This document shows, in pieces, positions 48,799-59,400 of a stretch of DNA of 64,000 nt (position 1 is its first letter; every line of letters begins with the position of its first letter). This DNA is from Clostridia bacterium. Lineage in GTDB: Bacteria; Bacillota; Clostridia; Oscillospirales; CAG-272. A program made the position numbers and the translations under genes. The stretch lies in assembly GCA_017453255.1 (NCBI GenBank), contig JAFTKN010000010.1, positions 3,497-67,496 of the forward strand, given 5' to 3'. The notes below the pieces were generated by a model. That model was given only the letters and a program-made list of their open reading frames with translations, did not search any database and was not told the DNA's origin.

Positions 48799-49495
48799 CG
48801 CGCAGAAACTCGAAATAAAGCCTATTTCCCGCGACTCTCCCGCAATCGTAAGGCGCAACGCGTCAAGCGAGTTGCAACCCGTTAAAATCGAGCCGTTAAA
48901 GGGTATTATCGAAGGATACCCTATCGTATTTGAGCAACGCACGCTTATCGCGGAGTTGTTTTATGAAATTATCGACCCGCACGCGCTCGACGAGGCGGAT
49001 TTGTCCGACATCAAGTTTTTTGTAAACCACAACGACGCTATGATACCCCTTGCAAGACATCGCCGCGGCAAACGCTCCACAATGGACGTATCCGTCGATA
49101 GCAAGGGTATGCCGATATATACGCAACTTGACATTGAAAACAACGCCACCGCCCGCGAGTTATGCTCGGCGGTAAACCGTGGCGACGTGGAGGATATGTC
49201 GTTTGCGTTTGGTATTATGGTATCGGGCGAGGAGTGGTTTGACCTTGATAAACCTATCCCGACCCGACGTATTACGAAAATATCAAAGGTCTTTGAGGTA
49301 TCCGCCGTAAACGACGGCGCGTATCCTCAAACCGAGATATATGCCCGCTCGGCGTCGTTGGATAACGCAAAAAACGCATTGGATAATGCGCGCGCCGTTG
49401 CGTTGGATAACGAAAAAAGGGCAAAGGCACAAGCGTCCTTATCGCTTGAAAAACAAAAATTTTTATATTTGGAGGCATTGAAAAATGACTATTAA
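48788..49495 (+). CDS. HK97-family prohead protease
   Basis: IEGYPIVF, FFVNH...LAR, MSFAF, EVSAVNDGAYPQT. Confidence 0.92.
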   Translation: MPNNAQKLEIKPISRDSPAIVRRNASSELQPVKIEPLKGIIEGYPIVFEQRTLIAELFYEIIDPHALDEADLSDIKFFVNHNDAMIPLARHRRGKRSTMDVSVDSKGMPIYTQLDIENNATARELCSAVNRGDVEDMSFAFGIMVSGEEWFDLDKPIPTRRITKISKVFEVSAVNDGAYPQTEIYARSASLDNAKNALDNARAVALDNEKRAKAQASLSLEKQKFLYLEALKNDY

Positions 49496-50753
49496 GGAAC
49501 TCAAAGAAAAGCGCGCCGCGCTCGTTGCAGAGGTTGAGGGCGCAACCGAGGAAAGATTTGCCGAAATCAGAAAGGAAATCGCAAAGTACGATTTTATGAT
49601 TGACGAGGCAAAAAAAGCCGACGAGGCAAGTGCCGCAGAACAGAGAGCGGCAGAGGAAAGAGCCGCACGCGACCCTAACGGCGGCAAGGACGACGGCGCA
49701 GACCCCGCACCCGCGCCCGAGCAGAGAGGCAAGGTTGTCGTATTTGACAACAAGGCTATTGAGGAGGCGGCGGAAATGAGCAAGGCGGACGCGCTCCGTT
49801 TTGCAAAGTCCGCGTTTGGTAAGCAGGTGCGCGCCGCGCTCAATAAGACCACCGCAACACTCGATAAGAACGAAAAGCGTGCAATCGGTATCGCTATCAC
49901 CACCACAAGCGAGGACTTCTCCGCGGCGTCCGCAGACGCTAACGGCGTAAACAACGGCGGCGTGTTTATCCCGCAGAACGTCCTTTATGACCTTCTCGAA
50001 ATCGACACTCCCGACTCTCCCTTCCTCCGTGACGTCAACGCAACCCACATCAAGGGCGCGCTTGTATTCCCTTACGTTATCGAGGCGAGCAACGGAGAGG
50101 GCAAGGGCAAGAAGGAAACCGTTGCGGCAAACGACCGCGCTATCAAGTGGGGCAAACTCACCCTTGCACAGGGTAACTATCCTCTCACTATCGAGGTAAC
50201 TATGGAACTTCTCGCGATGACCGACGAGGAGTTTACCGATTATCTCCTCGCCGACCTCTCCACCGAGATTAACTTCCTCCTCGCCGACGAGGTGCTTTAC
50301 GGCACGGGCAAGGACGAGTGTATCGAGGGTGTAACCGTCGGCGCAATCACGGGCGACGCATACGCCGCGGGTACAGAGGCGGAGGCAATCAAGTCCGCGT
50401 TGCTTAAACTCTCCCGCAGAGCGCGCAAGGGCGCAAAGGTTTATATTTCCCGCTCTATGTCCCTTGAAATGACCTTTGAGAAGGACAAGAACGGTCGTTA
50501 CATTTTCCCGATTTACAACAACACGGGAATTACCACAATCGCAACCGTACCCGTTGAGGTTGACGAAAACCTCGCGGACGGCGACTTCGTTGTCGGCAAC
50601 GCGAAAAACTACAAACTCAACTTCGTTAAGCCTACCGAGATTTACCCCGAAATCCACGGTAAGACTCGCGTAATTGAGTACACCGCGCACGTAATGGTTG
50701 CGGGCAGAGCCGCACCCAACAAGTTTTATTACGGCAAGAAGGCAAACGCCTAA
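49485..50753 (+). CDS. Major capsid protein (HK97 fold, with N-terminal delta domain)
   Basis: Coiled-coil N-terminus, GGVFIPQ, EVLYGTG, KDKNGRYIF. Confidence 0.92.
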   Translation: MTIKELKEKRAALVAEVEGATEERFAEIRKEIAKYDFMIDEAKKADEASAAEQRAAEERAARDPNGGKDDGADPAPAPEQRGKVVVFDNKAIEEAAEMSKADALRFAKSAFGKQVRAALNKTTATLDKNEKRAIGIAITTTSEDFSAASADANGVNNGGVFIPQNVLYDLLEIDTPDSPFLRDVNATHIKGALVFPYVIEASNGEGKGKKETVAANDRAIKWGKLTLAQGNYPLTIEVTMELLAMTDEEFTDYLLADLSTEINFLLADEVLYGTGKDECIEGVTVGAITGDAYAAGTEAEAIKSALLKLSRRARKGAKVYISRSMSLEMTFEKDKNGRYIFPIYNNTGITTIATVPVEVDENLADGDFVVGNAKNYKLNFVKPTEIYPEIHGKTRVIEYTAHVMVAGRAAPNKFYYGKKANA

Positions 50754-50828
50754 AAACTAACGCTTAAAGTGCGGGCGTTATCAAAAGAGCCGATATGTAA
50801 TCGGTAAACGATTTGGAGGTTGCAACTT

Positions 50829-51086
50829 ATGAGCGAAGTTGACAAGATACTTTATAAATTGGGCTACTATGATAGCGACCCGCACAAAAAAGCAGAAGTA
50901 CAAGGCTACATCGACGAGGCGGTCGAATTTATGCTTGAAAGCGGCGTCAAACCCGAAAAATTAACGACTCAAAGAGCGTACGCAATCAAAAGTATTTGGG
51001 CGGACGCTCGCGACAAGGGCGAAATCAACGATATTGTCAAGTGCGACGGTATGGTTGTTGCCCTTATCTCGCAGTTGAGGAGGTAA
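50829..51086 (+). CDS. Head-tail connector protein
   Basis: Position after the capsid gene; D...VQGYIDEAVEFMLESGV. Confidence 0.7.
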   Translation: MSEVDKILYKLGYYDSDPHKKAEVQGYIDEAVEFMLESGVKPEKLTTQRAYAIKSIWADARDKGEINDIVKCDGMVVALISQLRR

Positions 51087-51089
51087 TGT

Positions 51090-51497
51090 ATGGCGCAGAC
51101 CGTAAAGCGTAAACGCACTCTCGTAAAATTTGCCGTACAACGTACAAAATACGTCGAGGGCGAGGGGTCAACGACGACGTGGCAACCTATCGAGGTATCA
51201 ATCGGTAAGGACGAAAACGGCGTCGATATTATGACGGATTGTTTTTATTGTGAGTGGTTAAATTCCTACGGAAACACCGCTATACAACAACAAGCCGACG
51301 GCGTAATACGCCCCGCCCGCGTGCGTATTCCTTTTGTCAAAAAGTTATACGACGCATTATGCACCGAGGACGTGAGGGTTTACAAAAACGGAGTCATTGA
51401 CGACGCGCATTGTTTTATCCTTGCGTCGGCGGCGGATAACTACATCGAAGATAACAAAATGTTGGAATTTCAAGTCAAGAAGTACGAGGTGAGATAA
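51090..51497 (+). CDS. Head closure/adaptor protein
   Basis: Synteny within the neck module. Confidence 0.6.
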   Translation: MAQTVKRKRTLVKFAVQRTKYVEGEGSTTTWQPIEVSIGKDENGVDIMTDCFYCEWLNSYGNTAIQQQADGVIRPARVRIPFVKKLYDALCTEDVRVYKNGVIDDAHCFILASAADNYIEDNKMLEFQVKKYEVR

Positions 51498-51919
51498 TGG
51501 ACGCAATCGCGATTACACAATCAAAGTTGGATAAAGTGCTTTTATCCCACGGCGTCACGTCGCACCATTTACGCCGCGTCGAGGTTGATTACATCGAGAG
51601 GGACGGACGGAGAATAAAGGCAAACAAGGACGAGTACGTCGTCTTTCGCCTTATCTCCAACCCGCCCCGCCGATACGGTGACGGTAAGCCGCTAACCGAC
51701 CGCGCATACGTTGACGTAAATTATTACTACTCTTACGAGAAAACCGACTCCCGTTATAAGGACGTAAGAGCGCGGATAAAGGCGATTATCAAAGAGTTTT
51801 TGTCCGATAGTAAAATACGCCTCGCGAACGGGGAAAGCGACATTTACGACCTCGACAACCCGTATCGTGGTATAAATGTCGAATTTTTGTTTATAGGAGT
51901 CTTTGACAATGGCGGGTAA
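51497..51919 (+). CDS. Neck/tail-terminator-like protein
   Basis: Synteny; EYVVF...VDVNYY. Confidence 0.55.
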   Translation: MDAIAITQSKLDKVLLSHGVTSHHLRRVEVDYIERDGRRIKANKDEYVVFRLISNPPRRYGDGKPLTDRAYVDVNYYYSYEKTDSRYKDVRARIKAIIKEFLSDSKIRLANGESDIYDLDNPYRGINVEFLFIGVFDNGG

Positions 51920-52328
51920 GATTACCCCCGACCAACTCCCCGAAAAACTCGACGGCATTTTGTCGGAGTTTTTGCACTCCTCTTTTGATACAAGACAAGA
52001 GGCGTTGCAAGCGGGCGCGGAGGTTTTTAAGGACGCCGTCGCCGCGGCTACGCCGAAGGATACGGGCGAAATGGCGGAGTCTTGGGCGATTAAAACAAAA
52101 TACAAAGACCGCCGATACGTCGGAAGTACGCGCGTTGCAAAAGGCGTCGTACATCGTAAGAAAAAAGGCGGTGGCAAAGGCGAGGCACGAGAGGGCGTCC
52201 CGCTCTCGAATGTCCTTGAATACGCGGAAAACTCCCCGCACAAGGGATTTATCCGACGGTGCTTTGATAGCACCGAGCCGCAAATATTCGCGGCAATCAA
52301 AAGTAAACTCAACAACGGAGGTAAATAA
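51909..52328 (+). CDS. HK97 gp10-like neck protein
   Basis: AATPKDTGEMAESW...LEY...GFIR. Confidence 0.75.
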   Translation: MAGKITPDQLPEKLDGILSEFLHSSFDTRQEALQAGAEVFKDAVAAATPKDTGEMAESWAIKTKYKDRRYVGSTRVAKGVVHRKKKGGGKGEAREGVPLSNVLEYAENSPHKGFIRRCFDSTEPQIFAAIKSKLNNGGK

Positions 52329-52331
52329 AAA

Positions 52332-52949
52332 ATGGCAGACGCAAAGAAAACTCTTGTACGTTTCAACGTGCAGAATATCAAATATGCCGTGCTTTCAAAC
52401 GGTGAATATGGCGTACCCGTTCCGTATGGTACGGCAATCAAAATGGCGTTAGAGGCAAACTCTGCCGTCAAGGCAATTTACGGCGACGGTCGCCGTATTT
52501 GCTCCATTGTCAACGATAAGGGCAAGACGGGTACAATGACTACAAACAACGTATCCGACGATTACGAAATCGCTATGGCGCGCAGAATTAAGACCACAAG
52601 CGGTATCGCGGAAATCAAGCAGCAGAAAAACATCGTACACGCGATTTATTTTGAAACTTGCGGTCTTGACTCCGAAGGCGGTATGCCTATCGCGAAAACG
52701 TGGCTTTACGGTGTTACGTCCTCTCGTCCTTCCGAGTCTTTCGACCAAAACACCGACGACGTCAACGAGTCCTCGTTTGAAACGCCGCTCGAAATTAGCG
52801 GTACGGATATGCTCGCAAGCGACGGTAAGGTTTACAAAGACCCTGTTACAGGTTGCGACGTTGTCGTATGGCAAATGACCGTAACTCCCGACGACCCCGA
52901 GTACGCAACTTTTGGCGACTCGGTTGTCCTTCCTCAAATGCCCGCATAA
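52332..52949 (+). CDS. Major tail (tube) protein
   Basis: VRFNVQNIKYA...YGDG...FET...KTWLYGV, typical of Bacillota siphovirus tail tubes. Confidence 0.85.
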   Translation: MADAKKTLVRFNVQNIKYAVLSNGEYGVPVPYGTAIKMALEANSAVKAIYGDGRRICSIVNDKGKTGTMTTNNVSDDYEIAMARRIKTTSGIAEIKQQKNIVHAIYFETCGLDSEGGMPIAKTWLYGVTSSRPSESFDQNTDDVNESSFETPLEISGTDMLASDGKVYKDPVTGCDVVVWQMTVTPDDPEYATFGDSVVLPQMPA

Positions 52950-52963
52950 GGAGGTAAAACAAA

Positions 52964-53359
52964 ATGATTAAAACAAAACTTCCCGCCGTGGAAAAGACCA
53001 TTGACGAGGCAACAAACGCTCTCGTTGTCAAGGAAAAGGAAATCGACGTCGCGATTGATACGTCGCTTTTTGCAGAGGAACGTTGGGAGGCAAATTTTCC
53101 TCATAACGCCAAAAACGAAACCCTTTTTGCATACATCGAGCGCGTACAGAAGGCGGGACTCTTGGAAAACAAGGCGCATATCCTTTCAAACCTTAAAGCG
53201 TTGTATTGCTTTATGGAGGGCGCGGAGATTGCCGACTTTAAGTCGTTTTGTCAACTCTTTGACCTTGCAGACGGCGCACGCCTTGAAAAACTCGTTGATA
53301 AAATCAAGTACGTTTTCGGTATCGTCCTCAACTCGTCCACGGTATCGGGAAAAAACTAA
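52964..53359 (+). CDS. Tail assembly chaperone (gpG-like)
   Basis: Between the tail tube and tape measure; ends in a slippery site. Confidence 0.75.
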   Translation: MIKTKLPAVEKTIDEATNALVVKEKEIDVAIDTSLFAEERWEANFPHNAKNETLFAYIERVQKAGLLENKAHILSNLKALYCFMEGAEIADFKSFCQLFDLADGARLEKLVDKIKYVFGIVLNSSTVSGKN

Positions 53360-53682
53360 CGGCGGCAAGTCAAGAATTGTTGCGCTTGCATAAGAAGTTA
53401 AACCTTAACTTGAAAGACAAGCGCAACCCCGACTTGATTATGCCGCGTGTAATAACCCTTTATCAAAAATGTGTTGAACACAAGATACAAGATTGCTTGA
53501 TTGCTCGATTGCATTTTAACGACCTTTACGTGCTTATACTTTCACTTGATATACAAAACATCAAGACGGCATTACGCCAAAAAAGCAATATGTCGAGAAA
53601 GAAAAGCAACGTCGAAGTGCGTGATATATCGCAATCGGACGCGGTTAAATTCTTAAAAGGAGGCGGAGTAAATGGCGGATAA
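53347..53682 (+). CDS. gpT-like extension reached by -1 frameshift
   Basis: G GGA AAA at 53347-53353; the -1 frame is open (LTAASQELLRLHKK...) to 53682. Confidence 0.75.
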   Translation, partial: GKKLTAASQELLRLHKKLNLNLKDKRNPDLIMPRVITLYQKCVEHKIQDCLIARLHFNDLYVLILSLDIQNIKTALRQKSNMSRKKSNVEVRDISQSDAVKFLKGGGVNGG

Positions 53683-55756
53683 AATACGCGGCTTGACGGT
53701 CGAAATAAGCGCGGACGCCTCGCAATTTAATAAGCAGATGTCCGCCGTCCGCAAAGAGGCGAAGTCCTCGCAAGCGGAATTAAACGCGTTACAAAAGAGT
53801 TTGGAAATGGAGTATGACCCGTCCAAATTCGCCCGCGCGCAAAAGGTGGCGCAAGACGCAATCGACTCGACCGCAAAACAAGCGGAGGTTTTGCGCGAAC
53901 GTTTAAGGTTTTTGGAGGAGAACGGCGACGCTGACACGTCCCACTATCGCCAAATACAAAGCGAACTCGCACAAACCGAACTCAAAGCGCAACAGTTAGA
54001 GGCGCAACTTGAAAAACTCAACAACCTAAAATTTGAACAACTCGGCAACAAGATACAAGGCGTCGGCGATAAGATACAAGGCGTCGGTCAAGCATTGACG
54101 CCCGTTTCGGTTGCCGCCGCGGGTACGATAACAGGACTCGGTGCGCTCGGCACAAACGCGGTATCCGCCGCGGACGATATTGCGACGCTTGCGACGCAAT
54201 ACGATATGTCCGCCGAGGCGTTGCAACGATTTAATTACGTTGCCTTGCAGACGGACACCGACTCGGAGGTGCTTTACAAAGCCTTCGTAAAAATGCGTGC
54301 GGGCGCGGCAGACCTCGCGACGGGCGTAACGTCGGTTGCCTCGACCGCGTTGCAAAAATTAAACCTTGACTTAAACAGTTTTGACGGTAGCGAGGAGCAG
54401 TTTTACGCTATCATAACCGCGCTTGCGGATATGGAAGATAAAACGCAAATGGTAGCGATTGCAAACGATGTTTTCGGCGAAAAACTCGCAAACAATCTCT
54501 TGCCCCTCATTTACTCGGGGAGTGACGCAATAGGTGCGTATGCCGCGGAATTTGACAACCTCGGCGCGCTATCCGACGAGCAAGTAAACAAACTCGCGGA
54601 GTTTGACAACGTACTCAATACCATTAAAACGCAGTTAGCAAACGTCGCTTTGCAAATCGGGTCGTCGTTACTCCCGATTATGCAATCGCTCGCGGGGTTT
54701 GTTAGCACAAGTCTTGTACCGAAATTGCAGACGCTCGCGGGGTGGTTTAACTCCTTAACCCTCGGGCAACAAGAATTTGCATTGAAGGCACTTGCGGTCG
54801 TGGCGGCTCTTGCACCGCTTACAATGGGTATCGGCAAATTGGTATCGACTGTCGGAAGTATTATAAAAATGCTCCCCGCGTTGCAATCGGCATTGTCGTC
54901 GCTTGCCGCGCACCCGATTATACTTATTATCGCCGCTATCGCTATGATATTGCTTGTGCTTTACACACAATGCGAGTCCTTCCGTGAGAGTATAAATAAC
55001 CTCGTATCAACACTTGGAGAGGGATTACAACCCGTCCTCGATGTGGTAATGGGTCTTTTATCAACTCTTATGGAATTATTAACCCCGATACTCGACCTCC
55101 TCGGAGGCGTCCTCGGTACGGTTATAAACCTTGTTGTCGAGGCTCTTTCCCCTTTATTTGAAATGTTGGCGGTAATAATGGAGATTATACAACCCTTGCT
55201 CGAAGTTGCCCTTATCCCGTTGCAACTCGCGTTAAATGCGCTCTCCGTGCCGTTGCAAGTCCTCGGCACTTTGCTCGGTTGGCTCGCTCCTCTGTTTCAA
55301 GCCTTCGGCAATATCGTAACAAAGATTTTTAGCGGCGTAATCGAGGTTGTAAATTTCATTTTGGGATTTATCGAGGACGCGGTCAACTTTGTTATCGGCA
55401 TTATAAACGGACTTATCGACGGCGTAAATAGTGCGCTCGGTTGGCTCGGCGTAAACATCGAACATATTCAAGAAGTAAGCCTCAAAATCAATACGTCGGC
55501 AATAGACGATATGAACGATGTCGAGGCTATTATTGACAGTACACCGCCCGATACAAGCGGTACGGGCGCATTGAGTCCCGACACCATATACGACCAAATC
55601 GGAGCGGGAGGCACGACGGGCGACATTTACAATTACGACAACAGTACAAACAATAAGACGCAAAACGTTACGGTTGTAATCGAGAATTACGCCGCCGAGG
55701 TTGATGTCGATAACCTTGTGCGTCAAATCAATATCAAACTTGCGGAGGCTATGTAA
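53672..55756 (+). CDS. Tape measure protein
   Basis: KIRGLTVEISAD N-terminus, helical repeats, hydrophobic C-terminal region. Confidence 0.9.
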   Translation: MADKIRGLTVEISADASQFNKQMSAVRKEAKSSQAELNALQKSLEMEYDPSKFARAQKVAQDAIDSTAKQAEVLRERLRFLEENGDADTSHYRQIQSELAQTELKAQQLEAQLEKLNNLKFEQLGNKIQGVGDKIQGVGQALTPVSVAAAGTITGLGALGTNAVSAADDIATLATQYDMSAEALQRFNYVALQTDTDSEVLYKAFVKMRAGAADLATGVTSVASTALQKLNLDLNSFDGSEEQFYAIITALADMEDKTQMVAIANDVFGEKLANNLLPLIYSGSDAIGAYAAEFDNLGALSDEQVNKLAEFDNVLNTIKTQLANVALQIGSSLLPIMQSLAGFVSTSLVPKLQTLAGWFNSLTLGQQEFALKALAVVAALAPLTMGIGKLVSTVGSIIKMLPALQSALSSLAAHPIILIIAAIAMILLVLYTQCESFRESINNLVSTLGEGLQPVLDVVMGLLSTLMELLTPILDLLGGVLGTVINLVVEALSPLFEMLAVIMEIIQPLLEVALIPLQLALNALSVPLQVLGTLLGWLAPLFQAFGNIVTKIFSGVIEVVNFILGFIEDAVNFVIGIINGLIDGVNSALGWLGVNIEHIQEVSLKINTSAIDDMNDVEAIIDSTPPDTSGTGALSPDTIYDQIGAGGTTGDIYNYDNSTNNKTQNVTVVIENYAAEVDVDNLVRQINIKLAEAM

Positions 55757-55759
55757 TTT

Positions 55760-56614
55760 ATGAGAAAATTTGCACTTCATACATACGATAAGTCAAAAAC
55801 TTTCGACTTAAATACCGCCTCCGCACTCGCCGCCGAGCCTTCAGGACTTGGAAACGCATTTACTACCACGTACAAGGAAAGCGAAAAAGGAAAACACCTA
55901 ACCAACGTTACACCCTCGTTTGAGCCTATCACGCTGAAGGTGTACTTTAACGCGGACGGCACGGACGGATATGCCAACTATAAGAGCCTTTTAATCTTTT
56001 TGGCGGAGTGCGGCACGTCGGCGTTTTTGTTTGAGTACAACGACGGCGTTACAGACAAGTATTGCGATGTTGTGTTGCAATCGCACACAAAGAGCGAGAA
56101 AAACGAGGACGGTTTGTTTTGTGAAACGTTTACCTTTGAACGTCAAACGTATTGGTATGAACAAATCGAAACATCGTTTGATTTTAAGATTAACGACGAT
56201 GTGTCGGCGTACCCCCTCGCGTTTCCCTTTGGTTTTGCGGGTATGACGTTTTCAAACTCGATAAAGGTAACAAATACATTCTTTGCGGACGCGCCTATTT
56301 TTATTAAGATAAGCGGGTATATCGAAAGTAATATACGCGTTTATATAAGGAGCGTTGCAACAAACGAGATTGTGTCCGAAATCCAACTATCGAGGGGCAA
56401 CGCGGACGGCGAAACAATCGTTATCGACCCGACCACAAAGAAAATTAACGTCACCGACGAGGACGGCAACGTTACCAACGGTTACGGATTGACCGACAAA
56501 ACAAAACAATCGTTTTTATATCTCCCGCAAGGTGAGTATTACGTCGGCTCTAACATCACGGTAAACGATAGCGGAAGTATCGAGGTATCAATCAAGCGAT
56601 ATTTGCTTGATTAA
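55760..56614 (+). CDS. Distal tail (Dit-like) protein
   Basis: Position after the TMP; YWY...YPLAFPF...QSFLYLPQG. Confidence 0.75.
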   Translation: MRKFALHTYDKSKTFDLNTASALAAEPSGLGNAFTTTYKESEKGKHLTNVTPSFEPITLKVYFNADGTDGYANYKSLLIFLAECGTSAFLFEYNDGVTDKYCDVVLQSHTKSEKNEDGLFCETFTFERQTYWYEQIETSFDFKINDDVSAYPLAFPFGFAGMTFSNSIKVTNTFFADAPIFIKISGYIESNIRVYIRSVATNEIVSEIQLSRGNADGETIVIDPTTKKINVTDEDGNVTNGYGLTDKTKQSFLYLPQGEYYVGSNITVNDSGSIEVSIKRYLLD

Positions 56615-56625
56615 GGAGGCGGCGT

Positions 56626-57825
56626 ATGTATATTGCATTGTATGACGAAAACCGACAACACATAACAAACGTCGATAACGTCACTTACGATAAAACCGTA
56701 CGCGTTTACGACCTCGACTCTTTCACCGCCGAAGGCGTGTCCTCCGAGGACGTCAACGACGCAAGGATTGTTGTTGTAAATGACGACGCGGGCAATTACC
56801 GATATGCGTGCTTTGCGGATACGGTTACACCCGACAAGAACAAACGCACCGTCAAGGGTCTTGACTTCAAGACCCTTTGGGACACCGAAATTTTGCTTGA
56901 TTACACCGCGGACGGCAGTTTTGACGGCAGACTTTCGGCAATATTCACAAAAATAAAAACGTTGGTGTTTGGAGGCTCGGACACAACCGTCGGTAAAATT
57001 CCCGTCGAGGTTGTTATCCCAACCGACAACACCGACACAACCGCGGTTTATGGCTCGTATCAAGGCACGTATCAACTCGTAAACGCGTATAGTTTTTTGA
57101 AATGTTATTTGAAATATTACGAGTACAACGTCGAGTCGCGATACGACATCGTAAACGAAAAAATTATATTTACTTTTGTAAAGCACACGACCCGTATTAC
57201 GGTTAATTTGAGCGACTTTATTTATGAGTTGACGACCACATCGGCGGCAACAAATAAAGCCGTTGCAACCATAAAATACGACGTCCAAACGCCCGAAACG
57301 GACGCCGACGGCAATATCGTTTATACGAACGTACAAGAGGTTGACGAGAGCGACAACCCAAAGGTTGACGAGGACGGAAACCCCGTGTACGTACCAAAGT
57401 ATAAACCCCGTCCGTCCTCGATTGTCACACGATATTATTATCGTGACAAAAATAATAACATCGCAGAAGGTGACGCCGCGGGCAATTACAGAGATAGCGG
57501 CAAGCCTATCGAGGATAGAATATACCCCGTACGTACAAAGTGGTTTGAGTCCGAGTATTTGGCGGACGCGCAGTTTGAGGCAGTTTACGAACTCGCAAGC
57601 GCTCGTTACGTCGATAACATCGTGATTGACAACAATATCACGATTGACCCGATAGATTTTGCCGACTATCCCCTTTATACAAAGGTTGAGTTATATTACG
57701 ACGGCAAGTTGTATAAAACGCTCCCGATAAGTGAAAAAATATCAACGCTCGACGCGAGCGGCGAAAACACAAAAATTAAACTCGGTTTTAAGAAAATACT
57801 TTTAACCGAAATTATCAAGGGTTAA
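56626..57825 (+). CDS. Tail tip/hub protein
   Basis: Synteny after Dit. Confidence 0.65.
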   Translation: MYIALYDENRQHITNVDNVTYDKTVRVYDLDSFTAEGVSSEDVNDARIVVVNDDAGNYRYACFADTVTPDKNKRTVKGLDFKTLWDTEILLDYTADGSFDGRLSAIFTKIKTLVFGGSDTTVGKIPVEVVIPTDNTDTTAVYGSYQGTYQLVNAYSFLKCYLKYYEYNVESRYDIVNEKIIFTFVKHTTRITVNLSDFIYELTTTSAATNKAVATIKYDVQTPETDADGNIVYTNVQEVDESDNPKVDEDGNPVYVPKYKPRPSSIVTRYYYRDKNNNIAEGDAAGNYRDSGKPIEDRIYPVRTKWFESEYLADAQFEAVYELASARYVDNIVIDNNITIDPIDFADYPLYTKVELYYDGKLYKTLPISEKISTLDASGENTKIKLGFKKILLTEIIKG

Positions 57826-57838
57826 GGAGGTTTATTTT

Positions 57839-59020
57839 ATGGCAATAAAACCCGTAACGTATCAAGGCGTTTCAAATTTCAAATCGAATTTATACGCGCT
57901 TGAAGTAAAATCAAGGTTTATCGACCAAAGTGCCGCAAACGGCTATTATAAAGGTTACGGAAACGAACTCGCGCCGACCGCGTCGAGTAACGTTATCACA
58001 ATAGGAAGTGGCGCGTTTCTCGTACAAGGTAGATTGAACGAGATTGACACGGGCGGCGAGGCGGTAACGGTAACAATACAAAACGGATATGTCGGATACG
58101 TGTGCGCTCGTATCGAAACATACCACCCCGACGACACCGAAAATTGCACCCTTGTCGTTAAAACGGGTGCGTCGCTCGGTGCAATTACCTTTACTCGCGA
58201 CGATACATACCAAAGAACGGCGGAGAGCGAAAACAAGGTGTACGAATTGCCTTTATGTTCGTTTTCTATGTCGGGCGGAAAGGTAACAAATCTCGTTAGA
58301 GTGATAACCGCTATCGAGGAAAACACCACAACGAGAGATATTGCGAATGAGGCAAAAAGCACCGCGGCAAGTGCAGTATCCACCGCAACCGCCGCGAACT
58401 CAACGGCAAACGCCGCAAAAACAACCGCCAACACCGCGGCGACAAATGCGTCAAACGCGGTATCCACCGCCAACACGGCAAAGAGTACGGCGGACGCGGC
58501 AAGCACCTCCGCGGCAAGCGCGGTATCGACCGCAAACACCGCAAAAACAACCGCCAACACCGCGGCAACAAACGCCTCAAACGCGGTAACGACCGCAAAC
58601 GCCGCAAAGACCGCCGCAACGGCGGCTCAAACCGCGGCAGAAAAGGCGCAAGCGGCGGCAGAGAACGCCGACGCGGTGTCCTACGTACACCACCTTGTTT
58701 TTAGTGGTGTAAACGGAGATACATATTACAATATTTTTTGTGATATTGTATCAAAGAGCGCAACTAAAATTACAACCGCAACGCAATTAAAGTCGCTTAT
58801 ACAATCCGTGTATCAGCACTCTTGCTCGGGCTATGTTAGTAACGCGAGCGATACGGTGGTACAAAGGTCTATACCGTTTAGTTTTTCCCCCGCGTCAAAC
58901 TCGGATACAAGATTTACGGTATTTTATCTTACTATCCCCGCGAGTGGCAACGGCTCGGTTGGTAGTCAGTTGCTTTATTATACGAGCATAACAAATATTT
59001 CCGATTTTGTGACATCGTAA
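57839..59020 (+). CDS. Tail fibre/baseplate protein with an Ala/Thr-rich stalk
   Basis: Repeats AVSTANTAKT/STA; distinct C-terminal tip domain. Confidence 0.7.
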   Translation: MAIKPVTYQGVSNFKSNLYALEVKSRFIDQSAANGYYKGYGNELAPTASSNVITIGSGAFLVQGRLNEIDTGGEAVTVTIQNGYVGYVCARIETYHPDDTENCTLVVKTGASLGAITFTRDDTYQRTAESENKVYELPLCSFSMSGGKVTNLVRVITAIEENTTTRDIANEAKSTAASAVSTATAANSTANAAKTTANTAATNASNAVSTANTAKSTADAASTSAASAVSTANTAKTTANTAATNASNAVTTANAAKTAATAAQTAAEKAQAAAENADAVSYVHHLVFSGVNGDTYYNIFCDIVSKSATKITTATQLKSLIQSVYQHSCSGYVSNASDTVVQRSIPFSFSPASNSDTRFTVFYLTIPASGNGSVGSQLLYYTSITNISDFVTS

Positions 59021-59032
59021 GGAGGCGAAACA

Positions 59033-59398
59033 ATGGATAAACTTACAATCATTGTTTCTGTCCTTTCCCTCCTCGTTTCTCTTACGACTCTTGTGTCCTT
59101 TTTTATAAAGGCGCGAAAGCGTATCGAGGACGACGCGACCGAGGAAACCGAGGAGAAAACAAAAGCGTCGATGTCGCTTGACTACATCAAACTTCAAAAC
59201 GAAACCATTATCGCGGGCAACCGCAATATCGCGGACAAACTCGACGACCAAAACGCACGATTAACCCGCCTCGAAACGACCGTCGCAAATTCACACCTTG
59301 CGGAGTTGCCGTCAAGAGTCGCGGCGTGCGAGGAGTCCGTTAAGTCGGCGCATAAGCGTATCGACCGTTTGCACCGCAAAGACGAAGGAGGTATCTAA
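59033..59398 (+). CDS. Phage membrane protein (holin/XhlA-like)
   Basis: N-terminal TM helix, coiled coil, SAHKRIDRL C-terminus. Confidence 0.6.
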   Translation: MDKLTIIVSVLSLLVSLTTLVSFFIKARKRIEDDATEETEEKTKASMSLDYIKLQNETIIAGNRNIADKLDDQNARLTRLETTVANSHLAELPSRVAACEESVKSAHKRIDRLHRKDEGGI

Positions 59399-59400
59399 AA

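Noticed and set aside
49272-50690. 472-aa minus-strand ORF (and many other long antisense ORFs in the prophage, e.g. 59340..60581)
   Set aside because: Shadows of capsid and tail genes; the phage's codon bias leaves few antisense stops; no RBS or domains.
57839-59020. Second DGR target in the first tail fibre
   Set aside because: Its C-terminus shows no similarity to the TR.
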